Shown: positions 44,065-54,154, counted from the stretch's first letter. The stretch: 56,370 nucleotides of DNA from Opitutaceae bacterium (GCA_016793535.1 JAEUHA010000411.1:1-56370), one strand, 5' to 3'. Program-made: numbers and translations. The notes: generated from the sequence alone by a model not told the origin.

Positions 44065-45312
44065 TCAGATTTTCTCCGACTTCGCGGCGGGCGCCGCGGC
44101 ATCGCCGGGCTTGGCCGCGACGGGCGCAGCCCCGGTGGGTCCGGCGTTCACGGAGCGCACGAGCGAACCGTCCTTCAAGCCGCTTTGGCCCAGGACGATC
44201 ACCGGCGTCCCGACCTCGAAACCCGCCAGCGCCTCGACATTGTTCGGGTCCTCGAATCCCACCGTGAGTTTTTTCTTCACCGCGCGATCGTTCACCACCG
44301 CAAAGACGTACCGCTCGCCGCCTTCGTAAATGACCGCGCGCTTCGGGATGAGCACGGCGTTGGTGCGCGTGTCGGTGATCACGCGTACGCCGACGAACAG
44401 CCCCGGCGGAAGATCGCTCGGCTTCTCGCCGCGCACCCCGACCGTCACCTTGAACGTGCCGCTCTTCGGGTCGATGACCGGGCTGATCCGCTTGACCCAG
44501 CCGGTGAAGGTCTTGTTGGGCAGAAACTCCGAGGTCACGACCGCCGGCTGATTCTCGGCCACGATGGGCAGATAGCGGCCGGGGATGAACACCCGGGCCA
44601 CGAGGTCGTCGAGCTTCACCATGGAAAACACCTTGGTGCCGCCAGCGACGCGCGCCCCGACCTGCACCTCCCGCGCGGAAATGACGCCGGCAAAGGGGGC
44701 GCGGACCGTGGCGTAGGCGAGCCGGATCTTCGCCCGCTCGAGCCGCAGCCGGGCCTGCTCGAGTTGATACGTCTGCGTCTCGTAGTCCTGCTTGTTGATC
44801 AGGTTGCGCTGGTAGAGATCCTGCGTGCGCGCGTAGTTCCGCTTCAGGTGCTCGTAATTGCCGTTGGCTTCATCCGCATCGACCCGGAGCTCGCGGTCGT
44901 CGATCTTCAACAGCGGTTCGCCTTCCTTCACCACCTTGCCCTCCTCGACGAAGAGCGCCTCGACCTGGCCGGTGGTCTGCGGGTAGATGTCGACCACCGA
45001 CTCGGTCTCGAGCGTCGAGTTGAAACTCAGGAACGCGGAGATTTGACCCCGGGTCACGAGGGCGGTCTCGACCGGGACCATCTCGGCGGCAGATTGACGG
45101 GCTTTCTCCTTCTCGGCGTCCGCCGCGCGACGGGCCGCGACCGCGGGACTCACCGCGGGGGCCGCCTTGGCCGCGGGATTGGCCGCCGGCGTGGCAGGCG
45201 TGGAAGGCTCGGCCGGCTTGCTGCAGCCGACTGCGAGCAATCCCACGACGAACAGGGCAGGAAGCGCCGACGACAGGGCTACGGCGCGCAGAGTAAAGGC
45301 GGGAATCGACAC
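44065..45312 (-). CDS. RND periplasmic adaptor (MFP) lipoprotein
   Basis: Lipobox LAVGC, VEEGKVVKEGEPLLKID, VRAPFAGVI and ISPVIDPKSGT. The start is uncertain (GTG at 45312 chosen; the track starts at 45375). Confidence 0.9.
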   Translation of the reverse strand: MSIPAFTLRAVALSSALPALFVVGLLAVGCSKPAEPSTPATPAANPAAKAAPAVSPAVAARRAADAEKEKARQSAAEMVPVETALVTRGQISAFLSFNSTLETESVVDIYPQTTGQVEALFVEEGKVVKEGEPLLKIDDRELRVDADEANGNYEHLKRNYARTQDLYQRNLINKQDYETQTYQLEQARLRLERAKIRLAYATVRAPFAGVISAREVQVGARVAGGTKVFSMVKLDDLVARVFIPGRYLPIVAENQPAVVTSEFLPNKTFTGWVKRISPVIDPKSGTFKVTVGVRGEKPSDLPPGLFVGVRVITDTRTNAVLIPKRAVIYEGGERYVFAVVNDRAVKKKLTVGFEDPNNVEALAGFEVGTPVIVLGQSGLKDGSLVRSVNAGPTGAAPVAAKPGDAAAPAAKSEKI

Positions 45313-45562
45313 GGGAGTTTGGGCGGAAAGGGCAGGGAAGCGGTCCGAACGAGGCGGAGCGCGAGTTTCGATCAACCGTCGACGCAGGTCAAAGCCTTCG
45401 GCGACAAAGCCCGATCTTTACGTATCATCCCCCACCCATGCACGGATCCAGCGCCTCCCCGCGGGGCGAACGCGAACGGCGCACGGAGGGTGAGGGAGCC
45501 GGGTTTGAGCATGGCAGGCGGCCAGCGAGACGACTGGAACGGGAAGGCGTTACTCAGTTCAT

Positions 45563-45594
45563 TCATCCGACGACCGAGGCGGATGATTATTATA
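45563..45594 (-). promoter_or_regulatory. Candidate promoter and operator upstream of the RND operon
   Basis: Minus-strand TATAAT (45594-45589) immediately followed by the inverted repeat TCATCCG-N10-CGGATGA (45563-45586). Confidence 0.35.
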
Positions 45595-45628
45595 CCGATC
45601 GCCGGTGAAATCCTGACTCGGCCGGAGG

Positions 45629-45800
45629 CATGCAGTTGAAAGTTGAGGGTTGAACGTTGAAAGAGGCAAACTCGACGGCCCGAACAACCGTTTGGCAGAC
45701 GGAAGGCGAAGGCACCTTTCGGCGCGGGCTGCCGGCAGACCGCGATTTCAACCCGCGCCCGCGGCGTCGTGTCTTTCAACTCTCAACTTTCAACTGCATG
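45629..45800. repeat. ~172-bp dispersed element with heptamer-built terminal inverted repeats, copy 2 (MITE-like)
   Basis: Left arm CATGCAGTTGAAAGTTGAGGGTTGAA and the right arm reverse complement CATGCAGTTGAAAGTTGAGAGTTGAA match 25/26. The core is homologous to 22264-22434. Confidence 0.82.
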
Positions 45801-45939
45801 AGCGCGGCTCAGGCCATCAACGGCCGGCGTTCCACCGTTCCGATTCAGGCGAGCACGAGGCTCGCGTCACCTTGGCAAAGCACTCTGGCGGACTGAATAC
45901 GCGCGACTCAAAGGGGCGCTGCCGGGAAAACCGCCGCCG

Positions 45940-48468
45940 TCAGGGAGCGGTCGCCGGCCCAAGCGTCAGGCGCACCAGGGTGGCACCGGGCAATTCCACG
46001 TTTAACCGGTGATCCCGGGCCGGGATGTCCACGGTCCGGTCGACAAGCGTGCGCGCCCCCGCCTCCAACGTGAGCCGGTAGCGGCCCGGTACGATCCGGA
46101 AGAGCCGGGCCGTCACGGCCGCCGCTTCCGCTTGGTGGAGAAAGATCTCGGCGGTCAGCCCGGTCTTGCTCGCGGCGCCGACGAGCGCCGTAAAGCTGCG
46201 CGGCGCGCCGTCCCAGGCGACATGGTAGTAGGGCGACATGCCGTTGGGGATGTGATTGCCGGTCAGCATCGCCACCACGAGGTCGGTGCCGTCCCAGTTG
46301 TCGACGTCACGGGCGACCTCGATGCGATCGGTGAAAAGGACCTCCGTGGTGCGCAGCGGGGTGTTGTAACGCAGGGTAGCCAGCATGCTTTGCTCAATCC
46401 CGGCGGCGAGCGGTGCCGTCTCGCCGGTGAGGCGATAACGGAGGTAAGGCGGCCCGTGGCGCCGGAGCAGGGCATCGAACCGCGCGTCGCCGGTTTCGAG
46501 CCGCCATTGCGCGACGACGCCCCAGAATCCGGCGTTGGCGTACAGCCGGTGGGCCGCCCAGCCGGCCGAACCTTCGGGGGCGGCGGCCCGCGACGCGGCA
46601 TCCGGCCACGCCTCCAACAGCGCCAGCGTATCGCGGAGGGGGGCCAGCAGTGTGTCGTCGCCGGTCCGCACCCAGCTGAACAAGAGCTGGTCGTAGAGCT
46701 GGCCGTCGCCCCGCCAGTCGAAATAGCGCCAGAACATGTTCGCCCGATACCAGGTGGGTTCGTCGCCGTTCACCGCCGCATCCGGCCAGCGCAACGACGC
46801 GGGAAACACACCCGGCGGCTTGGCCTTGTCCGGGCGCAGCGCCGCCTTGGCCCAGGTGCGGCTCCACGCCTGGAGCAGCGCGTCGGCTGCCGGATCCTCG
46901 CGTAGCCAGGCCAGGAAACGCACGGCCTTCACCGCGCGGGCGTTCATCGCCAGGTCCCGGTTGCGCGGCGGATCGGAAACGATGGCGGTGGCGCCGATCC
47001 AGGCCGACTTGAACTGGAGGTCACCGTGCTGGTTGCGACCGGTCCACAGCTCGCGCATGTGCCCGTGCGACCACGCGAGCCGGTCGATCCACTCGTCGCT
47101 GCGCGTGAGCAACGCCATCATCGGCACCGTGTCGGCCACGAATTCCGCGGAGTGCTCGACGTCGCGGGGCTCGCGCGAATAGCCGCGATGCATGCGCCGG
47201 CTGAACCAGATGCCCTCGGCGAGACGGCCGAACGCTGCGGTCGCCTTGGCGTCGCCGGAGAACATCAGCGTCGGCCACCACCGCAGCGTCTCGACGTCGT
47301 CGTCGGGCTTGCCGCCGAACTCACCGTTGGGGATCTGGCGCTCGTCGATCCAGTAGTGCGCCACCTGCCGGAGCCGCTGCAAGGCCTCGAACTGCGCGGT
47401 CGACCACGCAGGTGCGCCCGCAGGCGCAACGTAACGGTCCCAGGGGTCCGGTTCATCCACGTTTTCACCCGCGTACATCGCCACGAGCGCATCCTGCGGC
47501 TGCCGCGGCCGGATTTCCGCGATGTCGCGGTCGAATGCCTCCTTGTCCTTTGTCAGGTGCTGCTCGACCCAGATCCAGTAGAGCAGCCGCGCCCGCAGCC
47601 ACAGCGCCCGCGGCCGCAGCGGAAAGGCCGTGCCGTCGGGATGCTCGACCAGCGCGTCAAGCCGGCTCAACGCGATCTTGTACCGGGTGAACATGCTGCT
47701 GCGCGTCTGCACGCTGTACCAATCCCAGCCCGCCGCGCGGTGCCACTGCTCGGCCTCGGCCAGCAGGTCCAGCTGCGCCTTCCAGTACGCGCTGAAGGCG
47801 CGCAACTCGGGCGCCTTGCCGTGTTCCGCCAGCTCGGCGCGGAGGCCGTCGAGCGGGGCGCGCGAGGCGTGGCGGCCGACGTCGTCGATCTGACGCCGAA
47901 ACCAGCGGGCAACGTCCGTTTCCGGCCCGGGTGCCGGCAGCAGGTGCAACGCGAGCAGCCGCGCCCCGTGCGGTGCCGCGAGGGAGAACTCGATCGTCGT
48001 CGCGCCGGTGGCTTCGAACGCGAGCTGGGCGACGCGGTAACGATTGATCGGCGGCGCCGAGGGTTCCTCCTCGAGCCCGAATTCGCGCGGGTTGTGCGCG
48101 TGGTCGCGGCCGTTGATGCGCACGCGCACGGTGTGCGCGTCGCGATGGCCGTCGTCGAGAAACACGAGCGCCGTCCACCGCCCCGGCGCCAGGTCGGCGC
48201 GCAACGCAAACGCCCCGCCGCTCACGCCGTCCACCAGGGCCGGTGACCGCACCCCGCTCCACGCGGCTTCGCCAAAGGTCGCCACCGGTGGCTGCGTCCA
48301 CCCGTAGCCGCGCCCGGCGTCGTAGGCCGCGCCGGGGGCGAGCGCCACGACGCCCTCGCGCTGCGTCCCGGCGCTCGTGGCGTCGAAGTAAAGCGGCGCG
48401 TCGAGCGACGCCGCGGCCGCCACCCCCGCAAGCAGACCACCGAGCGCGAAGATCGGGAGGCGCTTCAT
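45940..48468 (-). CDS. Large secreted hypothetical protein (~842 aa), putative carbohydrate-active
   Basis: Sec signal MKRLPIFALGGLLAGVAAAA. N-terminal beta-sandwich-like module with YDAGRGYGW, then a Trp/Tyr-rich helical region with QIPNGEFGGKPDDDVE and DVEHSAE. Lies downstream of a TBDR. Confidence 0.75.
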   Translation of the reverse strand: MKRLPIFALGGLLAGVAAAASLDAPLYFDATSAGTQREGVVALAPGAAYDAGRGYGWTQPPVATFGEAAWSGVRSPALVDGVSGGAFALRADLAPGRWTALVFLDDGHRDAHTVRVRINGRDHAHNPREFGLEEEPSAPPINRYRVAQLAFEATGATTIEFSLAAPHGARLLALHLLPAPGPETDVARWFRRQIDDVGRHASRAPLDGLRAELAEHGKAPELRAFSAYWKAQLDLLAEAEQWHRAAGWDWYSVQTRSSMFTRYKIALSRLDALVEHPDGTAFPLRPRALWLRARLLYWIWVEQHLTKDKEAFDRDIAEIRPRQPQDALVAMYAGENVDEPDPWDRYVAPAGAPAWSTAQFEALQRLRQVAHYWIDERQIPNGEFGGKPDDDVETLRWWPTLMFSGDAKATAAFGRLAEGIWFSRRMHRGYSREPRDVEHSAEFVADTVPMMALLTRSDEWIDRLAWSHGHMRELWTGRNQHGDLQFKSAWIGATAIVSDPPRNRDLAMNARAVKAVRFLAWLREDPAADALLQAWSRTWAKAALRPDKAKPPGVFPASLRWPDAAVNGDEPTWYRANMFWRYFDWRGDGQLYDQLLFSWVRTGDDTLLAPLRDTLALLEAWPDAASRAAAPEGSAGWAAHRLYANAGFWGVVAQWRLETGDARFDALLRRHGPPYLRYRLTGETAPLAAGIEQSMLATLRYNTPLRTTEVLFTDRIEVARDVDNWDGTDLVVAMLTGNHIPNGMSPYYHVAWDGAPRSFTALVGAASKTGLTAEIFLHQAEAAAVTARLFRIVPGRYRLTLEAGARTLVDRTVDIPARDHRLNVELPGATLVRLTLGPATAP

Positions 48469-48531
48469 CGCCAGCCTGGGACCGAACAGACTTTGCGTTT
48501 GCACCTTCTAGGTGGGAGCCGAGCAAGCCGG

Positions 48532-48600
48532 TTGACCGCGGATTTCGCTGATGGCGCGGATATTTCCCTTATCCGCGTGATCCGCGTAATCCGCGGTTAA
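48532..48600. repeat. Nonamer-built inverted repeat / hairpin
   Basis: TTG ACCGCGGAT TTCGCTGAT GGCGCGGAT, then a loop, then ATCCGCGTG ATCCGCGTA ATCCGCGGT TAA, between the TBDR stop and the next gene. Confidence 0.7.
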
Positions 48601-48627
48601 GTCATGACGCTTGGGGCCGGATTTAAC

Positions 48628-51552
48628 TCAGAAGCGGAACTTGATGCCGCCGGTGTAGATCGCGCCCGCGAACGAGTAATCCTCCGGTCGGTTCGGCGTC
48701 GTGGCGTACCACGAGGTCACTTCCTCGGAGAGATTACGGCCCTCGACGTAGATCGTGAAGCGCCGGTTCACGCGGTAACTCAGCGAGGCATCCCAGCGCG
48801 TCGCCTTGTTGTTGATCGAGAACGAGGTCAGGCCGCCGGACGTGCGGACGAACTCATCGATGAAGTTCATCGCGACCCGGGCGGTGAAGCCGTACTTTTC
48901 CCACCAGAGCTGGGCATTGTAGACCGTCTCCGGCTGCTCGGGGAGGAAGCCGACATTGAGCGGCCGGTAGGTGGTCGTGCTGCCGGGGACGAGCTCCTCG
49001 AGCACGGACGAGCCGTCGATGAAGGTCGCGTTCAGGTTGACGCCGAAGCCGTCGAGCGGCTTGGGCAGGAACGTGAGGGCCTGCTGCCAGGAGAGCTCGA
49101 TTCCCGTCGCCTTGCCCGTCGAGCCGTTGCGCTCCTGGAAGAAAAGCGTGTTCGGGACGGCCGGGTCCTTGAACTGGCTGCGGAAGATGACGTCCTTGAG
49201 GTCCTTTCTGAAGACCGCCGCGGACAGGACGCCGCTCTGCGCGAGATAGTACTCGAGCGAGAGATCGAAGTTGCGCGACAACTGCGCTTTCAGGCGGGCG
49301 TTGCCGAGGAAGACCTTGTTCGTCTCCGGATAGTCGCCGGGCTCGAGGCCGCCGGTGCCGGACTCGGAGGCGGTGTCGGCCGTGGAGCGATAGGGCACGA
49401 GGTCACCGTACGCGGGCCGCGCGAGGGTGTGGGTGAACGCGGCCCGCGCGACGAGGTTGCGGTTGATGCGATAGTTCAGGAGCAGGCTCGGGTGGAAATT
49501 GTCGTAGCGCCGCGAGCCGCGCGACGGGCCGAGGGGATCAGCGAGCCAGGTGTAGCCGGTCGAGGTCCGCTCCCAGCGCAAGCCACCGATGACTTCCAGT
49601 TTTCCAATCTTGGTCGTGCCCATGCCGTACGCGGCGAGGATGTCCTCGTTCACATCGTACTTGCGCGCCTCGAGCCGGACGAGTTCGTCGCCGAGCAGCG
49701 GAGTGAAGGCGGTGGCGTTGGCCCGGTAGTACGCGACGACGCTGTCGAGCGAGACGATCGGCCCCATCGTCGCCTGCGACCCGGAGAGCAGGCCGCGCGG
49801 CTCGGTAAACACCGGGAACTGCGCGAAGGTCGGCTGGTTTACGGTGGGCGCGTTGACGTCCACGATCGACGGGCGCGAGCTGCGCTCCTTGTTGCGGCTC
49901 TTCACGCCGAACTTCCAATCGATCGCCTGGCCGGCGAGCGGCAGCGCGAAGGAATAGTCGAGGTTGGCCGTGACGTCGGTCTCGTCTTCGGACCCCTTCT
50001 GGAAACGCAGATTGCTCAGCTTGCGGTCCGTCAGCGGCCCGAAGAACCCGTTCTGACCCGAGGCGATGTGGGTGAGCGAGACGACGGGCAGCGTCGCATT
50101 GCGGCGGTCAACGGCCCAGGCATACGCGCGGCGCTCCGTGTTGCTCGGAAAGTCGAAGATGTAGCGGTCGCGGTCGAGCCACGCTTCCGAGGTGCCCAGC
50201 CGCACGCCGTATTTCAGCGTGCCGCCGCTGTCGAGCCGGGTCTGGCCGTCGACGCCGAGGCGCAGCAGGTCCTGCTCGCGCACGCCGTCCTCCATGTAAT
50301 TCTGGAAGCGGGCCTGCAGTCCGGATTGCTGCTGCGCCGTCGACGTCGCGTTCCAGCGGGAGAGCGCGCGGACGCGGTTCCGGAAACGGCCCCCCTCGGT
50401 CTCCGTGTTCTCGTAGAAGGTGCGGAAGTGGAGCTCGGTGGCATCGGACATCTTCCAATCCAGGTTCACCGTGGCGCCGAGCTTCGTGATGTCGGAGAAG
50501 TTCAGCCGGGTGTCGTAGGCCTCCAGGGCCTGGTCGCCGACGGCGGCAATGGCACCCGCCACTCCGCTGCCCGAGGTGCCCACCGGGATCGCCCCCGCGT
50601 CATAGTACGCAAACTCGTAGGAGTTGGTCATCCGGTCCTCGCGGCGGTAGGTCAGCGTCGCGCTCAGGCCCAGCGTGCGATCCTTGTCGATCACATCCAT
50701 GAACGTCACCGAGCCCGCGTAACCCGGCTGCTTGCGGAACGCGTTGTGGATGTACTCGAACTTGCCGTTGAGGCTGCGCTCCTTGAGGTCGAAGGCGCTG
50801 CGCGTGACGAGATTGATCGTCCCGCCGAACGAGTCCGCATCCATGTCGGCCGTGAGCGTCTTGATCACCTCGATGCCGCCCACCATTTCCGCCGGGATCA
50901 GGGAGAGATCGACGGCGCGGGTGTCGGTGTTGACGGAGGTGGAGTCGATGTTGCTGCCGGTGGTGGAGAGGCGGTCGCCGTCGAGCGTGACCGCGTTGAA
51001 TTCAGCGGGCGTGCCGCGGACGTTGGCGAACTGGTCGTCGACGACATTGACCCCGGGCAGGCGGGCGAGCGCCTCGCCGACGGTGCGGTCGGGCAGGTTG
51101 CCGATGGCGTCGGCCGAGATGATGTTGGAAATGCCACTGGCCGTGCGCTGCTGGTTGATGGCCCGGGCCTGGCCTTCGCGCACGGATTCGACCGTGACCG
51201 CCTGCAGGACGACCGTGTCGCCGCCGAGCTGCGCATCGGCGCGGACCGTCTGGCCGTCCGCCACCCGCACGGTCACGGACTTGGGCTCGAGCCCGAGGTA
51301 ACTCACCTCGAGCGTGTAGTTGCCGGCCGGAACCTGGCTGAAATAGTAGGCGCCCGCGCGGTCGGTCACCGCCTCGCGGTCACCCGGGGTCAGCCGGACC
51401 GACGCGCCCGGCAGCGGGCTGCCGAGGGTGGAGTTGCGCAGGATGCCGGTGATGGCGCCGTCGGCGAAACCGGAGGCCGCGATCAGCAACGAAAGGGCGA
51501 CCATGACGATAGCCCGAACAACGCGAGGAGAATGAGACGGGGTGCAGTTCAT
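48628..51552 (-). CDS. TonB-dependent receptor (Xanthomonas/Caulobacter carbohydrate-associated type)
   Basis: N-terminal carboxypeptidase-regulatory-like domain, GQARAINQQR, IGNLPDRTVGEALARLPGV, IEVIKTLTADMDADSFGGTINL and C-terminal GIKFRF. Probable start is the ATG at 51552. Confidence 0.93.
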   Translation of the reverse strand: MNCTPSHSPRVVRAIVMVALSLLIAASGFADGAITGILRNSTLGSPLPGASVRLTPGDREAVTDRAGAYYFSQVPAGNYTLEVSYLGLEPKSVTVRVADGQTVRADAQLGGDTVVLQAVTVESVREGQARAINQQRTASGISNIISADAIGNLPDRTVGEALARLPGVNVVDDQFANVRGTPAEFNAVTLDGDRLSTTGSNIDSTSVNTDTRAVDLSLIPAEMVGGIEVIKTLTADMDADSFGGTINLVTRSAFDLKERSLNGKFEYIHNAFRKQPGYAGSVTFMDVIDKDRTLGLSATLTYRREDRMTNSYEFAYYDAGAIPVGTSGSGVAGAIAAVGDQALEAYDTRLNFSDITKLGATVNLDWKMSDATELHFRTFYENTETEGGRFRNRVRALSRWNATSTAQQQSGLQARFQNYMEDGVREQDLLRLGVDGQTRLDSGGTLKYGVRLGTSEAWLDRDRYIFDFPSNTERRAYAWAVDRRNATLPVVSLTHIASGQNGFFGPLTDRKLSNLRFQKGSEDETDVTANLDYSFALPLAGQAIDWKFGVKSRNKERSSRPSIVDVNAPTVNQPTFAQFPVFTEPRGLLSGSQATMGPIVSLDSVVAYYRANATAFTPLLGDELVRLEARKYDVNEDILAAYGMGTTKIGKLEVIGGLRWERTSTGYTWLADPLGPSRGSRRYDNFHPSLLLNYRINRNLVARAAFTHTLARPAYGDLVPYRSTADTASESGTGGLEPGDYPETNKVFLGNARLKAQLSRNFDLSLEYYLAQSGVLSAAVFRKDLKDVIFRSQFKDPAVPNTLFFQERNGSTGKATGIELSWQQALTFLPKPLDGFGVNLNATFIDGSSVLEELVPGSTTTYRPLNVGFLPEQPETVYNAQLWWEKYGFTARVAMNFIDEFVRTSGGLTSFSINNKATRWDASLSYRVNRRFTIYVEGRNLSEEVTSWYATTPNRPEDYSFAGAIYTGGIKFRF

Positions 51553-51625
51553 GGGAAATTGGCGGACGAACCAGTATGCTCCTTGGGGGATCAGCGCGAC
51601 GATGAAATAGTCCGCTTCACGTTTG

Positions 51626-52834
51626 TCAGCTGCGGGCGGCAGCGGCACGGACGGCGGCGCCATCAATCTCCAAGCCAAGTCCGGGGCCCTCCGGTAGGTG
51701 CAAAACGCCCTTCTCTAGTTTCACGCGATTGTGGAACAGTCTCATCAGCGCGTCGAACGTTGAACCCAGCTCGGGGAACTCGATGAACCGCGCCACGAGC
51801 GGCGTGGACGCCATGCAGTGCAGGGAGGCGGCCGTGGAAATCGTGGGGCGGGTGTTGTGCATCTGGATCGGTTTCTGGAAGCACGAGGAGAGCGTCGCCA
51901 TGCGGTCCATTTCGGTGATGCCTCCGACTTTCACGACGTCGGGATTGATGATATCCACGTTGCCCTGGACGATGAGGTCCTTGATCTGCCAGCGCGTGTA
52001 GCATTTCTCGCCGGCCACGATGTCCTGATCGTGCAACGCCGCCGTGACGTCCCGCATTTCCACCAGGTTCTGGTCGGACACCGGGTCCTCGAAGTAAGTG
52101 ACGTTGTAACGTTCGAAGAGCTTGCGGCCCGTAGCGATGGCGCGCTGGGCGGAGTAGCCGTTGTTGGCATCGATCATCAGCACGATGTCGGGCCCGATGG
52201 CCTTGCGCACGGCCGCGGCGTAGGCGAAGGTCGGATCGGGATCGGGATTCATGAAATGCTCCCGAATCTGGATCCGCACTTTCACGGCCTTGAAACCCTG
52301 TTCGACGAACTTCATGCACGAGCGCACGCAATCGTCGACGCTCACGCGGCCGCGGCGGATCGGCACGGAGCCGTAGGCCTCGATCTTGTCCCGGTATTTT
52401 CCGCCGAGGAGATTGCAGATCGGCTGCCCGAGCAGGCGGCCCTTCAGGTCCCAGAGCGCAATGTCGAGGCCTGCGATTGCATTGGGGAGCGCCCCGCTGG
52501 GACCGAGGTCGTGGTTCTCGAAGAACATCGTGTCCCAGAGGCGGCGAACATCGAACGGATTCTTGCCCACGACTTCCTTCTTCAGCCGGTCGTCGACGAA
52601 CGTCTTCATGAGGGCACCGCCGTCGAACGCGCACTCGCCCCAGCCGGAGATGCCAGCGTCGGAGGTGACTTCAACGAGAATGGCGCGGTCGACGACGTAG
52701 GAATTGACGGCGGTGATCTTGACGTCGGGCTTGGCGGGGACCGCCGCGGCCGCCGTGCGGGGCGCGACCGTGGAGGCGAGCGGAACGGCGCCAACGAGTG
52801 CGGCGGACCTCAGGAAGGTGCGGCGGGAATTCAT
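51626..52834 (-). CDS. Mandelate racemase/muconate lactonizing enzyme family protein with Tat signal
   Basis: MNSRRTFL twin-arginine signal. GISGWGE, AGLDIALWDLKGR, KxR (KVR), metal ligands in IDAN, FEDP and AGE, NPD...H dyad, and GPGLG. Confidence 0.92.
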   Translation of the reverse strand: MNSRRTFLRSAALVGAVPLASTVAPRTAAAAVPAKPDVKITAVNSYVVDRAILVEVTSDAGISGWGECAFDGGALMKTFVDDRLKKEVVGKNPFDVRRLWDTMFFENHDLGPSGALPNAIAGLDIALWDLKGRLLGQPICNLLGGKYRDKIEAYGSVPIRRGRVSVDDCVRSCMKFVEQGFKAVKVRIQIREHFMNPDPDPTFAYAAAVRKAIGPDIVLMIDANNGYSAQRAIATGRKLFERYNVTYFEDPVSDQNLVEMRDVTAALHDQDIVAGEKCYTRWQIKDLIVQGNVDIINPDVVKVGGITEMDRMATLSSCFQKPIQMHNTRPTISTAASLHCMASTPLVARFIEFPELGSTFDALMRLFHNRVKLEKGVLHLPEGPGLGLEIDGAAVRAAAARS

Positions 52835-52885
52835 GGTCGGTGGGAGGGGATGGCAGGGCGGACGGTGGAGAACGGGAAAAGGGGT

Positions 52886-54154
52886 TCAGACGATCTTCGC
52901 CGCGGCGAGCCACTTCGGGTCGAGCTCGATGCCGAAGCCGGGGCCGGTGGGGCAACGCAGGCGGCCATCGACGGGCGTGTGCGTCTGCGCCGGGGTGTCG
53001 AGCGGGATTTTGCCGTCGAAGCTCTTGTATTCCTGGAATGCGCCGGCGTTGGGGATGCAGGCGACGAAGTGCAGCATGTAGAGGAAGCCCAAGCCAGTGC
53101 CGGAGATGTGGGTGTCGCATTTCAGGCCGGCGGCGTGGGCCATGCGCGCGACCCGGATCGAGCGGACAAGTCCGCCGAAGTAGAACAGGTCCGGCTGCAC
53201 GACATCGAGCGCGCGGTGCGCGATCATCCAGCGGAACCGGTTGTGGCTGCTCTCCTGCTCGCCGCCGGCGAGGGGAACGGTAAGGGCGTCGGCAATTCGC
53301 TTCGTCTCGTCGTAGAGATCGTGCGGCACGGGCTCCTCGTAGATCGCGATGCCGTGGCGGTCGAGGAGGCGGCCCACCTCGAGGCCGCGCGCGAAATCGA
53401 ACGAGCCATTGGAATCGCCGTAGAGCGTGAACCGGTCGCCGAATCTTTCCCGCACGAGCGGAATGAGGGCCTCGGTACGGCCCGGGACGACATCAGCGTT
53501 GCCACGCATGCGGCCGCCGACCTTGAACTTGGCCGCGCGCGTCTTGTAGCGGTCGCGCGCGGCGAGCATGCGGTCGACGCTCTCGGCGGCGGAACGGTGG
53601 CGATCCTCGTGCGCGTGGTAGAGATCGACCGTGCCGCCGGGCTTGCCCCCGAGCAGCGTGGAAACGGAGACCCCCGCGGTGCGCGACAGCAGGTCGAGCA
53701 CGGCGAACTCGATCGCAGCGAAGGGCAGCCAGAAGAGGAGGCCCTGGCGCTTGTAGTTCGAGGAGTGAAGATAGACGGTCTCGATGAGGTTCTCCCATTC
53801 GCGCGCGTCCTTGCCGAGGAGGGCCGGCACCATGAGCTGCTTCGCCACGGGGACCAGGTAGGACATGTCGCGCTCGTTGCCGACGGCGACGCCGGTGGCG
53901 CCGTTCTTCGTGCGGACGCGGACGAGATAGGTTTCGCCCTGCTGCAGGAACTCGATGCTCTCGATCAACAGCGGCTCGCGCAGCGCGGAGACGTCGAGGA
54001 CGGGGAGGGCGGCCGCGGTGTCGAGCTGCGAGTACGTGTCGGCGAGGGCGTCGCGCGAGGCGAACGGCGCGGCGCGAAGGCGCGAACCGAGCGCACTGGC
54101 GGTCACGCCGGCGGCAGCGAGGCCGACGAAGTGGCGGCGGGATGACAGCGGCAT
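52886..54154 (-). CDS. Second mandelate racemase/muconate lactonizing enzyme family protein with Tat signal
   Basis: MPLSSRRHFVGL twin-arginine signal (start at the ATG at 54154). AIEFAVLDL, KFK, GDSNG, EEP and GGEQ ligands, QPD...H dyad, and GPGFG. Confidence 0.9.
   Translation of the reverse strand: MPLSSRRHFVGLAAAGVTASALGSRLRAAPFASRDALADTYSQLDTAAALPVLDVSALREPLLIESIEFLQQGETYLVRVRTKNGATGVAVGNERDMSYLVPVAKQLMVPALLGKDAREWENLIETVYLHSSNYKRQGLLFWLPFAAIEFAVLDLLSRTAGVSVSTLLGGKPGGTVDLYHAHEDRHRSAAESVDRMLAARDRYKTRAAKFKVGGRMRGNADVVPGRTEALIPLVRERFGDRFTLYGDSNGSFDFARGLEVGRLLDRHGIAIYEEPVPHDLYDETKRIADALTVPLAGGEQESSHNRFRWMIAHRALDVVQPDLFYFGGLVRSIRVARMAHAAGLKCDTHISGTGLGFLYMLHFVACIPNAGAFQEYKSFDGKIPLDTPAQTHTPVDGRLRCPTGPGFGIELDPKWLAAAKIV

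Noticed and set aside
22264-45800. GTTGAAAG / CTTTCAAC motifs as CRISPR repeat ends
   Set aside because: They are tandem heptamers in inverted arms, not direct repeats separated by unique spacers, and no cas genes are present.
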